A DNA stretch of 63,822 nt, counting the filler, from Perkinsus olseni (taxonomy: Eukaryota), in the NCBI GenBank assembly GCA_013115125.1. It is 6 parts of 6 records of this genome, joined end to end, with 100 filler letters (N's around TTAATTAATTAA, not from the genome) between each part and the next. Parts side by side here need not be neighbours in the genome. Positions count along the whole stretch, not along the records: positions 10,716 to 21,304 come from JABANN010000867.1; positions 21,405 to 31,991 come from JABANN010000868.1; 4 more parts are not named here. One strand, 5' to 3'. Position numbers and translations under genes: made by a program. Positions 11,761 to 22,990 of this stretch are shown in pieces; positions within the stretch are counted from its first letter, which is position 1, and each line of letters begins with the position of its first letter. The notes beneath the pieces are model-generated. The model was not told the origin of the DNA, did not search any database, and worked only from the letters and a program-made list of their open reading frames with translations.

Positions 11761-11844
11761 AAGAGATCGACCTTGATATCTTCCACCCTACTTACTATAA
11801 GTTTGCAGTCCCTGCAAGTGTAGCCGAGCAGTGCCCGGGACTCG

Positions 11845-12370
11845 GTCAAACGAGATTCTCGGTTCTCGCTCGTTCTCGGACCCAAACCGAAACGAGACGA
11901 GAGCTCTCCTTCACGTCCGAGAACGAGACGAGAAATGGCGGGTTATCTCGTTCTCGCATGCAGTGGTATATATTTCGTGTGAATTACTCCACGGAATCTC
12001 GATGTGTCGAGAGTCTAAAAAATCGTCCACATGAGCCATCTTCGGTTATGATTGATAACTGAAGAGGTTTCGTTGCGGTATGGAGCCGTTAGTTGTGGTC
12101 TCGGAGGGGCATGCGAGTTCTAGCAGAGCGAATGTCTCACAATCATTTTGATGGGGTCATGCACCTGCACACTGTCAATGGGTCACTGGGACTCTCTAAC
12201 TGCGCTAATTGATTTCACGAAGGTCTGAATCACAGAATCTACGTCCGTTTGCTCGCCGGAGAAACTGAGACCGAAAACCGAGAACGAGAACGAGAATCAT
12301 GATCGGGGCCGCGAGAAAGGACCGAGCGAGAAAGATAAACTTCCGACAAGAGCCGAACGAGACGAGAATC
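11845..12370. repeat. Two clusters of short ACGAGA/TCTCG motifs (possible transposon subterminal repeats)
   Basis: Dense repeats of (A)ACGAGA and TTCTCG at about 11850-11956 and 12260-12370. Confidence 0.35.
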
Positions 12371-14268
12371 CATCTTGAGCTGTTTGCGCAGGTCTGCCGA
12401 GCACGTTTGCCTTCCCTAATGGGCTCCCAGCGATAGGCTTGGTCGGGCTGATATGCAGCCCGTTCTTCAAGATACCCTCGAGTTGTGCTCTAAATGCACC
12501 GTTTCGTAGCATATGATCAAATATATTCCGGCACAAGCTCATCAGGATGTGAAGCCATGGCATAAGGGCGGCCTTTTTCCTATTAGCGGATGGAATTCTT
12601 GACCGCTTACATGGACCGGAGGTCGCTTCAGACTAGAGCATTTCGCAGTATATGGCGAGAGCCAATCTTCTGCATTATCCCAGCGATCAGGCGCCTCATC
12701 AAGTCGCAAGTGCTCGGTTTCACTGGCAGAAAGGACCCGAGTCTTGCCAAGTTCTGGTCGCGGTAGAAGCAGTTCGTGTGGCACTGATGACATCCACGCC
12801 GCCAATACGTTAAGAACCACGTCTGCGTTTTTTCCGCCCACCCACCAATACCTTGGGAAGGTTGCGCCATGCATACGGCACGAAACCACGCGGAGCATAC
12901 TTTTCCACCCAAGCCTTAGTCCCGGTAGAAAGGCCTATGACGCAGGTGGGTCATATCCCCCACGACCCGGAGTCCTCAGGCGAGAATCTCAGAACCTCTT
13001 CAATTCTTTTCCCTCGGGAACTAACCGGCGCGCAAGCCGAAGTCGCATGACCACACAAGTACAGGCGTGCTTGTATGACAGCACAGAAAACAAAACACTG
13101 CCGATGGGAAGTCGCCTTCATAGAGTTTCTCTCAAAAAGGAAGTGGTTCGATCTGTAGAGTTGTTCAATCCCTTCTCAGCGTCAACTCTGGGCCCCAGAG
13201 TTTCAACTTCCCCCAGAGTCTGGGGGAGGTTAAAACTTTCAGGAGGAAAGTACGCGTCAGAAGATGCGAATGGCGAGCTGAAATTTTGAGAATGTTAACT
13301 TTAACTGATCACCTACTGAATTCGATCACCATTTGATTTTTTTACAGAATTTTGGCCACGCCGTGCGGCGTGCGGCGACGAGACTGACGAACTGGGGTGG
13401 TTACTTACACACGGATACTATCGAGACCATAACAAGAGCCTCTACAGTAGCAATGGCGAGTAAGAGTGAGCTACCATGGCTCTCTTATAATCTCTTGGCC
13501 GCACGAGTTGCTCTTGTGCGCTCATGGGCACTGCGTGGGAATTTCGCTCACGCAGATCCTCCTGCGTCGTATGTCTCCTTCTACGCGAGGAGGCTCACGG
13601 TTTATGAAGCTCAAGACTACATCGCTGTTGACGTACAATTTCGAGGACAGGCTCCTGAGCTCTGCTCAGTAGCATCTGTAAGGCTTTCCAGTTGTGGACT
13701 GTGTCTGGAGTAACGGAAAGCGCTCCTCATTCAATAGTCGAATTATTAGGCTTAGACAATATGCGAAGATTTGCGGAGCTTAGAAAGTGAGAAGCTCACT
13801 GTGAGATGCAAGTGGCGGGCGATACGGTAAGATAGTGGGCAGTGTTGGCCAGGTTTATAGCATTCACTAGGGTATTATACTCAAATTTCAGGCCTCCACG
13901 GACGATTCCACGGACGTATCCTACTGCGGCAGCAAGAGCTGTAGCCTGCCGGTACTAAGATTGGACGAAGATAAGACAGAAGCACGGAGAAGCGGAAACC
14001 AGAAGTGCATCTATGCCCCCATGAGAGACGAGAATCTGTCATTGCCGTGGTAGTCAGCCTATCAAAAAGAGTTTGTATTGGGTAGTCAATGAGATCAGCT
14101 CATTGAGGCGTCGCAGGGTGGCATTCTTCAACATGCGGCAGTTGCTGTTATCTTTCATTCTGGCTGAGCCCTTGCGTAATCTCTCAAGTTCTATGGGTCG
14201 CCCATAATGGGTGGTCAGGCATACGCTTTCGGCCAGTTCCGGCCCCGCCCGTCTTTATTGATAGCGGG

Positions 14269-17116
14269 ATGGGAAGATTTCTCTCAATCGGTGCTCGAGT
14301 GGTTGACTCGGACTATCTTCACGAGTGCCGCGTTCTTAGTACTCAGCCCACTGCACCGTCACACATGTTTTCAACGCCGGCGGCAACAGGCTCACAGGAC
14401 CAGCCTGACAGTGATAATAAATTCACTTCAGATTTTGGGTTAGTCCGCCGTCACTTTCAGCCCGACTTCGATCGTATACATGTGATCAGGCCCTCTCCAA
14501 TAACTCCTGGGGACGGCTTCCGGGTGGCAACAGTTGAGCATCAGTGTATCCCGTCCACTGGGGCTAGGCATTCTTGTGTTGATGATACGACAGTGTTCGG
14601 TATTGGGGATGACGATGGTGGTGACAGCCTGAGGGCATCCTCGTCTATACTGACCACTAGCTTCCCGGGAGGGAATACTGCCTCCGCCCTGGTGAGGATC
14701 TGCTGGCCATGGGGACCATGCTCACCTCAACGTAGCGTGGATTATGCTTCCTCTCTTCCCCAAGGAGACGATGGTTCTCCCTCGTCGCCTGGGAGACCTC
14801 TTTATCTTTGGGCTTTTCATCGGAGCAGATTTCTGTTCTTAGATAGCAGCTGAGGAGCTGAGTACTCTGCATAGCCTTGTAGTCAAGAAAGCGGCGGATG
14901 TGAGTGCTCGAGAGAGGACATTGATGCATCGTCAAAGTGCGATGGGGGCGGAGATAGTGAAGGCACAGCAAATGATACAAGATCTTGCGGCAAGGCTGCT
15001 GGTTGATGCTCAGTCGTCATTGAATTCAACAGCAGGAAAGCTGACGAAAAGGGTGAGCACCTGGCAGGCCCGTCTGGGGGATGTAGTCGTGGCAGTTGGA
15101 AACGCTGATGAGTCGAGTCACTTGTATGCTACAAGAGACTCGCCAAACTGCCGCTGAGAGGAGGGAGAGAGAGAAGGCGAATTCCGCGATGCAGGAGGAG
15201 CTGAAGTCGCTGAGGTCGCGAATTGCATCTTATAAATCGGCAGCCGCCTCTGCAAAGGAAGAGTACGCCAGATTAAAGAAGAGGATGAGCGATATGTCTG
15301 CTGCTACTAGCGCCGATGTAAGTTTCACCGAGGCAGGCTTCAGCTTTCCTGCTCGATGTGGTTCTGACGATCTATCTGGTTTCGTTTTTTCTCGTGGCTT
15401 GATCGTGAGATTGCTGAACCAGTATCCAACTTTGTTGACCGGCGTCCGTCCCCGTCAGGCATCAAGGAACCAGTCCACAGAGGGACCTCAAGCCCCGCCC
15501 CAACCGCCGAGTGTTGAAGTCCAGGCCCTTCGAGCGAGAGTATCCACTCTGAAAACTGCTGCTGGGGCCGCTAGGGATGAATGCATCCGCCTGAAGAAGA
15601 GACTAGAAGATGCACGAGAGGTAAGAAGGCCACGGCAACGTGTCTGTGCAGTAAAATTGACTCGGCTACCGCTGAGCATTCTCAGGATGTTGATAAAGCA
15701 ACTTCGATTCAAGCGAAGCTGCGGAAGAGAGTTGCTGATCTGGAGGCGGAGAATAAGTCGGTCCGAGAGGAGATTATAGAAGTTGAACATCGAGCGGCTG
15801 AGCACAGCCTGGCAGAGGTCGATAGGCTCTCTTGAGACCTCGCCGAGCTCTCCGATTAGGTGGAGCGACTGACTCGTCACCTGGACAACCTCGAGACCGA
15901 AAACCAGAGGCTGCGGTCGTCGGTGGAAGAACTTCATCGCCACCAGGAGGAGGTGAGTTCAAAATTTCGTCTTTCGGGATAATGGTCCTTTCAGGTCTCA
16001 CAGCCCAGTCCTCATTTGGTATCGACTGCGACATCACCACGGGCTAATTGGGGTCGCGGCAAGGAGCATCAGTCGCCTTCTCCGCCACGCCTGCCCCGCA
16101 GCATATCGCTCTTCGAAGCATCCTTTGCAGAAGATACACGCAGTATGGGTGAGCCTGGCTTTGAGAGCTCACAGTGTCGTGCCGCAGGTTCCGGCGGGCC
16201 ATCTGCCCATACGCTATTGACAGCATCATTGCCGTACTTCAGTGATGACGCTGCAGCAGCCATCGGTGCCCTGATCGTCCTCACCTCGTCTGAGATGGAC
16301 TCCTCCCTCCTATCCAGGGTTGCATCTGTCCTCAACCGGGCCATCACTCTCCGCTTGAGCTACCATCGTGGCGATCGGCGCACTTCCGACGAGAGCACTG
16401 CCACGCCAGCTCGGTCTATCATGGAACGCGCTAAGAGACGCATGCTGCATCAAAGGCTCGGAATGCAACATACTAGGCCGTCTCAGTCGGTTATGCCGCG
16501 GTCATCGCTTTCACGGTATCAGCCAATCGACGTGCTTCAATACGCCACAGGGGCACCCGATGCGCGGAGGGTGGCCTTAGCCGCACTTGGTCACCTACAT
16601 ATGCCTGCGGATCCCGCCAGCTTCAGAGTGAGGCTCTTCACGGACGCGGGCCTACAGGACTTCCTGGCTACTGTTATGGCTGACCAACGTGACGATCCGG
16701 CTTGCCTTGCTGCGGCGGTTGCCTTGGGATGTCGACCTGTGGCGCGCGGTGCAGAGGAAGCACTGGCGTCCTTGCAGGTTGATTCGAAAACCTGGGAGTA
16801 TCTTCTATTACTGGCAGTGCAATTTGAAATCTCATCGCTGCAAACTATACTGACTGTCGATGAAGAAAGAGCGAAGGCACTGTCCACTGAGGCGTTAAGG
16901 TTACTTATTGAAGATTCTTTGGCCAACACCGCCACTGGAGATTTCTCTCGAAGGGTCCTAGGGAGTGTGGCGGAGATCGACTGTGCTCTCTTGCAGCCCT
17001 CGAGAGACTCCATAATCGACACACTGTCGCTCGCAGCTATGGGAGGGCCGGCGAAGCAAGGATCGACCTTCCTTAAGAGACTTCTGCGTCTGGTGGATCG
17101 ATCGTATCATTATTGA
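14269..17116 (+). CDS. Multi-exon hypothetical coiled-coil protein (boundaries approximate)
   Basis: Successive + strand ORFs with heptad-like segments (AMQEELKSLRSRIASYK, VQALRARVSTLK) separated by short GT-AG gaps, ending in a helical C-terminal exon. Confidence 0.5.
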
Positions 17117-17467
17117 CCTACACTGTATCATGTTATGCACCATTGCCTGCTGATTGACCGAGGTTGCGCACACAGTGTACGGTACATTAGTTGAGGGACC
17201 CTATTGGCAGGCAACTGTTCATCTCTGTGAGCGATGAGGAGGCTCTCTCAAGCATTCCAGGCATTCAAGCGCGAAGGAACACGAGAGGTGATCCGTTGGT
17301 GCCTGTCTTGAGATCAAAGGAATCACTGTCAGCAGCCATCCGGGCCAGACGCTGTCGACGGGACCCCAGGTATGAACGAATTCGCTTGGCTTACAGCCGC
17401 TCATAATTCATCAATGCAGGCGAGCAAGGACAGAAGAACATATCGCTGGATGACAGCACAGCCGCTG

Positions 17468-20070
17468 ATGTCAAAATCCAGAGAGGTGGCCGAAGATTCT
17501 CACAAGTTCAAGTGGCGAACAGAAGGGCTGTAAGAATCCTTCCGGAAACACTAGGCCGATCTCTGTTTGCATCAGATTGTACCGGCATCGCGTTCGTTGA
17601 ACGTGGCCGCTATGATGTTCGGCTCTGGCTCAGGCAGTGGAAGCAGCAAAGGCCTCAGAAGTCGGAACATTCGAGGCTCGGTTGGAGCCCAGTTAGCGTA
17701 CGTTAACGCAAAGTTGGTACTACAGCTGGAGAGGGTCTTCTCTCAGCGACCGAGCTGCAGCAGCACGAGTAGTGGGGGCAGCGTATCAGGACCGCCCTGT
17801 TTCCGGAGGCCTAGCAGAGCGATTTTTCAGCGTAATTGGACCTATTCACAGCCCCTCGACGAAGCATCGTCGACATTTTTCTGAACTCAGCCGGCACAGT
17901 CGGGCGCTTTCAACATGAAGTTGCTGCGGATAACAGGATTTGTGCTGGTAAGGACCTTTGCTGCTCCCCTTAGTGTGACGGCCAGCAAGGAGGATCCCCA
18001 TCCTACTATTGTGTTGGCTATGCTCATTCCCGTGTCCGCATCTCTCTATCCGGCTGAGGTCGCCGCCAATATCCTCTGGCATGCGGTCCTCTGTCTCCAG
18101 GTGTTGTGCATGATGGCCGGTAGTGGACTCATCATAGCGACAAACCTCCATTATACCACTACAGCGGAGAGGCAACGGGACATCTTCCTGCGCAACGGCA
18201 TTGCTCCTCGTGTGACGGCCCAAATACAGGTGCTAGCGCAATACTGTAGCTGTGCCATTCGGCGCTCCGCGCAGAATGCTACGCTTGAAAAAGCGCTTCG
18301 GAAAAGCTGGATTCATCTGACTAAATCTCGGAGGCTGTGGATCCGCACAGTTGGGTGCTTTGGTTAGAGTTGGCTCGGGGCTGCAATGCAAGTACGCGAT
18401 ACCATACATTGGGCCGTGATGAAGCAGATATACACGGATGAGTTTGATTACGGTAACGGGTTCGATGACACTATTATTTTTCGTGTAAGATTATCACTAT
18501 GGACGGGGCTTGAACCCGCGGCCACAGGATCACTAGTCTCGTGCTCAACCTCTTTGAAATACCGAGGCTCATGAAATGAGGGACTGTTGTGCATTCACAA
18601 GTCATACTGCATCTCCTGTAGTTTTGTGGAGTCCGCAGTAGCCGATCGTTGTCACTTTGTAGGGTCTCGACGTTTCAGGCACCATTCGACAACTAGTAGA
18701 GCCGGCTTTCGGGCAGATTGAGGGCCTCATTTCCGTCGAGCTCGCCTTCTCCACCTCGCCACATATAGTCTCAGTAATTACGTCGTGCAGTGCGCTGATC
18801 CACAAAACGGGAGCACTGTATCCACTGCTGAACATCATCCGATGCAGGTTAACGCCGTCGATGGTCCCAGCGGGGCCGTTGAGAGCATACTACTGCAAAG
18901 TGACGCACCTTCGTGCTTTTCGATTGGCTCTCTCGGGTGTCTACAGCGGAGCGAGGCATCTGACTCTCATTCTACTGCGTGGTATGAGATCGGTAAGCTT
19001 TCGAGACGCGGTGCGATATCGTGGTCGGAGGAAGTTAGGTAGGCTCTTCCCTCGACGAGTCTGATACTCCACTTGACTCGAATGAAGCTCCTACTCTTTG
19101 GGCGGGCCCCACCATCCGACCGGACGCCAGCAATCAATATCTCATCCCGATCTACACGGTGGGCCCTTGCCACACTTGTTTGCTTGTTCTCATGAGCTCG
19201 CAGATGATTTGGAAGAGTGTGTTCCCCGCTGTCGTGGGCGAGCCGTTTCTGGTTGGCCGAGCTACGATCGATGTTCGGGCGTTGTCGAGTCTTCTCGTTG
19301 ATGAAGCTCTGGCCGACGAGGGCCAAAGCCGCGTTTTCCTCACAACGAGGCAAGGCACGGTTGTTTCGGCCAGGCAGCCTCTAGCTTCTTATGTCGACGT
19401 CAGCGGCTCCGACGGAACCACGAAGCTCAAGTCCGTGTGGGAAGTAAGATACTGAGGCGGCTTAATCAGTTGCCTACTCGCAAAGAGTTCAACCCGGTGC
19501 AAACTCGTACTCCGGATATGATGGGAGCGCAAACAACGCCGCCGCTCGCAACTTCAGGTCTCCCCTTATCTGGAACAGCTCACTATCTACGACTACTCCG
19601 ATGTATATCGAAATGAGACGGATGGTCCTCCAACGGCGCAGCTTGTTTCGCTACCCGGTGGCGCATGCGTGATTTACCCATTCCCAACTTCATCGAGTAC
19701 AGGAGTGGCTTTCGCGTTGGTGGCCTTCTCAGAGGTTGAGCCCTTCGTGGATCCGACCATGGCTGGCCTCTTGGTCTCGTGTGTGGTGGGTCATTTTGGG
19801 TGGTGTGTTCTCAGAGTGGAGATACCCCCCGCCGCATATCCTTCATTCAATCAGGTGTCGTCCCTTGTACCCTACGGACTGGCTATGGCCCTGACAGTAG
19901 TACTCATCCTCCGGCAGAAGGCGATTGACCGGCGTGCCGATCAGCGGTGAGCGGTCTTCTCCAGACCACACGTCACTTGTCGTTGGCTGCATCCTAGGCG
20001 TCGGGAGGTGATCGAAGCGCACATGGCTCTGGCGGCTGTCAAGTCACGAGGCTTGCCTGGACAACTGTGA
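17468..20070 (+). CDS. Multi-exon membrane protein with a possible Cache-like extracellular region (start uncertain)
   Basis: Hydrophobic segments at about 18000-18140 and 19860-19910. GRATIDVRALSSLL..RVFLTTRQGTVVS resembles the dCache pattern. The last spliced exon ends TGA at 20068-20070. Confidence 0.45.
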
Positions 20071-20210
20071 TAGCGCATGACAGTTGATTGTCAGCATTGA
20101 CAGGAGAGAGTGGTGTTACTATAGCACTGTTTAACAGGCGGAGAGAGAACCAATCAAGTTGTATCTTTCAATGTTCGTTCGAGTTCCTCACTCAACAAAT
20201 GCGAATAATT

Positions 20211-20282
20211 AGTCGCTACCCGGATTTGAACCGGGGTTGTCACGGCCACAACGTGACGTCCTAACCGCTAGACGATAGCGAC
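20211..20282 (-). tRNA. tRNA-His (anticodon GTG)
   Basis: Reverse complement of 6706-6777 with one D-loop substitution. Confidence 0.95.
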
Positions 20283-20988
20283 ACAAAAGTTTCAACGGAG
20301 GACAAGGTCGTTGCCGCCAACCGTCGTATTGCCCCGGTGCTTCCCTCCAGAAGTTCTCTTCCGGTTCTCCTGTCCTCTCACACAATCATATCTCATTGGA
20401 GGTTTCGCTGTATTTCTTGATGGATCCGTGGGCACTCTCGTTGCTCTCCAATATTGACCATTGCGTGGGTTGACGAACGTTCCGACCGAGGTCCGATCTT
20501 GGTAAGAAGGGGTACGAGCCGTCCAAGAAACGAGAACTTAGTTGACCGGTCAATTTATTGGGCGAGTTTAAAGCGAGGCGCGCGCGATCGCGATTGGGAG
20601 GGAACATATGGGGACGAGACCTGAGTGCCTCCACGTGGCGTCCCTGGACAACGGAGGGAACCCGGGTTTCCTCCGTTGACTAAAGCTCAGGGTAATTGAC
20701 TAGCTCGGCCGAGCTGGCGTAGCAGGATCAAGTGGAAGATTACGGTCTTTCGGTAGTAGCGGGCGACGGTCGCGATAGAGCAGGGAAAGAATAATAATTT
20801 CTAGGTGAGCCACTGCAGATTCGCAGTATAGTTAGTGGACTACTAGTAGGAGCAGTTAGTCGATACTTTTAGTTCTGGTCGACTGATAGTAGACTCTTGC
20901 CGATGTGCTGTACGGACTCCGTACTACGGAGTTGAATTAGGCAGTGTGATAGAACTGCGGCATACGCTCGTGAAGTAGGCTAATCCGT

Positions 20989-21103
20989 GGACTTGCCTTC
21001 GAAGAGTGTGAGACCTCCGGGACTTGCCTCAAGTAGAAGTGTGAGACCGATTGAGTAGCCACCCTTCCGGGAAGCGTGAGACCTTTGGGACTTGCCTTAC
21101 TGG
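20989..21103 (+). repeat. Degenerate tandem repeat (GGACTTGCC...GTGAGACC units)
   Basis: GGACTTGCC occurs three times and GTGAGACC three times within about 115 bp. Confidence 0.6.
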
Positions 21104-21304
21104 ATCGGTGCTATTCCGGGTTGTACCTCCTCGCGAACGCTTTGTCGTCAGGGTACTACCCTGAGGGGAGCAGGTGAGGAGCATGAAAGGAGTTCATTCG
21201 GAGAACTTGAGGCTTCTCTCGTCGTCTCTGTGAATGCGCGCTAGCTGTCGCTCGCGGATGCCTTGAATATTTTTGAAGTCTTGGGGTGCAGCTTAGAGAT
21301 TAAG

Positions 21305-21404
21305 NNNNNNNNNNNNNNNNNNNNNNNNNNNNNNNNNNNNNNNNNNNNTTAATTAATTAANNNNNNNNNNNNNNNNNNNNNNNNNNNNNNNNNNNNNNNN
21401 NNNN
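21305..21404. other. Artificial contig linker
   Basis: N44-TTAATTAATTAA-N44. Confidence 0.98.
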
Positions 21405-22092
21405 CAGGCGAGCGCTTGCTTCGTCTCTGTATTTGCACCACTCTACACTGCGCGGGCTTCGTGTAGTTCGTCAAACAAGCGCCTCCCTATAAGGAACCTA
21501 GTCCTCGATCCGCTATACAATAGCCTCTCCAGTTATTGTCGTGTATGGAGTTTCATTGAAGGACTACAGGTTCAAGTCGAACCGTTCAATACTATCTGAA
21601 GTGCTTTAAACCGCACCCTTCTGGAAATCAACAACAATCCGACAGACTCACAGCAAACAGCGCATCAATTGAGGCGCGCGCGATCTGAGTTTGATACGCG
21701 CACGCCGTTTATGTAACCGGCGGTACTTGCTACACGCTGCCACGTCTTCTACGGTCAACTATTAACTCCGACGCACCGTTGTTTGCGCGATATGAGGGAA
21801 GGTGCTGTCCTGCATCATACTCTTGTCGTTGGTGCATCTCTGGGATTACCTTGAAGCGCCGCTGCCCTAGCTTGGTTGTGTGCACATCGAAGTGTTTCCG
21901 CCATTTACGGCTAGCCTCTGCACCGCTGCCCTCTGGAATGGTTCTCTAGGGGACCTGTGCTGCTGCAGGCCGGCCTTTGCATCTCGATCAGCAGCCAAGC
22001 CTCTGGTCAGTTCCAGGCGAAGCATCGTGTCTGTGGTTTTCTAAAGCGAAACGGCTGTGTAAAGTTCAATTTGTTATTGACCCCACTCAACG

Positions 22093-22705
22093 ATGGCCTG
22101 TTCCGGTGTTGTTGCCGACGGGGATTGCATTGTCAGTTACAACAATCTCAAGTTGAAGCATGACAAGAGGTAACAACAACAGCAATGATTGTCTCTTGTT
22201 GCCTTCGATCAACTTTCAGGTACATCATCTACGCGTTCACTCCCGACAACAAACGGATCGTGATCGAGTCCGAAGGCACCAAGGACAAGACGTATGATGA
22301 TTTCAAGCAGGTATCACTCCTTCTCCTAATATTGAACTACAGTTTCATCGACAGGCCCTCCTCGCCAGCCACGAGCCTCGTTACGCTGTTGTAGACTTCG
22401 AATTCGAACACGATGAGTCTGGAGCTGTGAGTTGGATTTACAACCCGGTGGTTGTTCCATTTCTCTCTTGCTTCAGAAACAAGAGAAGGTCTTGTTCATT
22501 TTTTGGTCGCCCGACACCGCCCCTGTCAAGAGGAAGATGCTGTAAGCATCCTGGCAAACATTCACCGACTTGAACTATCGCCGTCAGATTCGCCTCTTCC
22601 AAAGACGCAATTCGTAAACCCCTGGACGGTGTCTACCAGGAGATTCAGTGTAACGACGAGGGCGATTTGCTCTTCGAGGAGATCAAGAAGAAAGTCCAAA
22701 AGTGA
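22093..22705 (+). CDS. ADF: Cofilin / actin-depolymerizing factor, 5 exons
   Basis: Spliced: MACSGV..LKLKHDKR/YIIYAF..TYDDFKQ/ALLASHEPRYAVVDFEF/KVLFIFWSPDTAPVKRKML/FASSKDAIRKPLDGV..EIKKKVQK*. Confidence 0.92.
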
Positions 22706-22990
22706 GGAGACTAGCATTTGACGATATGATTATTATGTTATTAATTCTATGCGGAATGTGAATGTTTCGCCTCTTCGTTTGAGTATTGTGTTTCGGGTGG
22801 AGAAGTCCGGAGAGTACGGAAGTCCCGACGACACACAATCGTTACATCACCAAATCGTGAAGAATTGGGCTGCTGGGGTGAAGGGAAATTTCACGTGGAT
22901 ATGTACGTTACGATATTCTCGTAGAAGTGTCGACATTAACTTACTACTTATAGTAACACAAATCCAAACGTGATTGTGTAGAAACAACAT

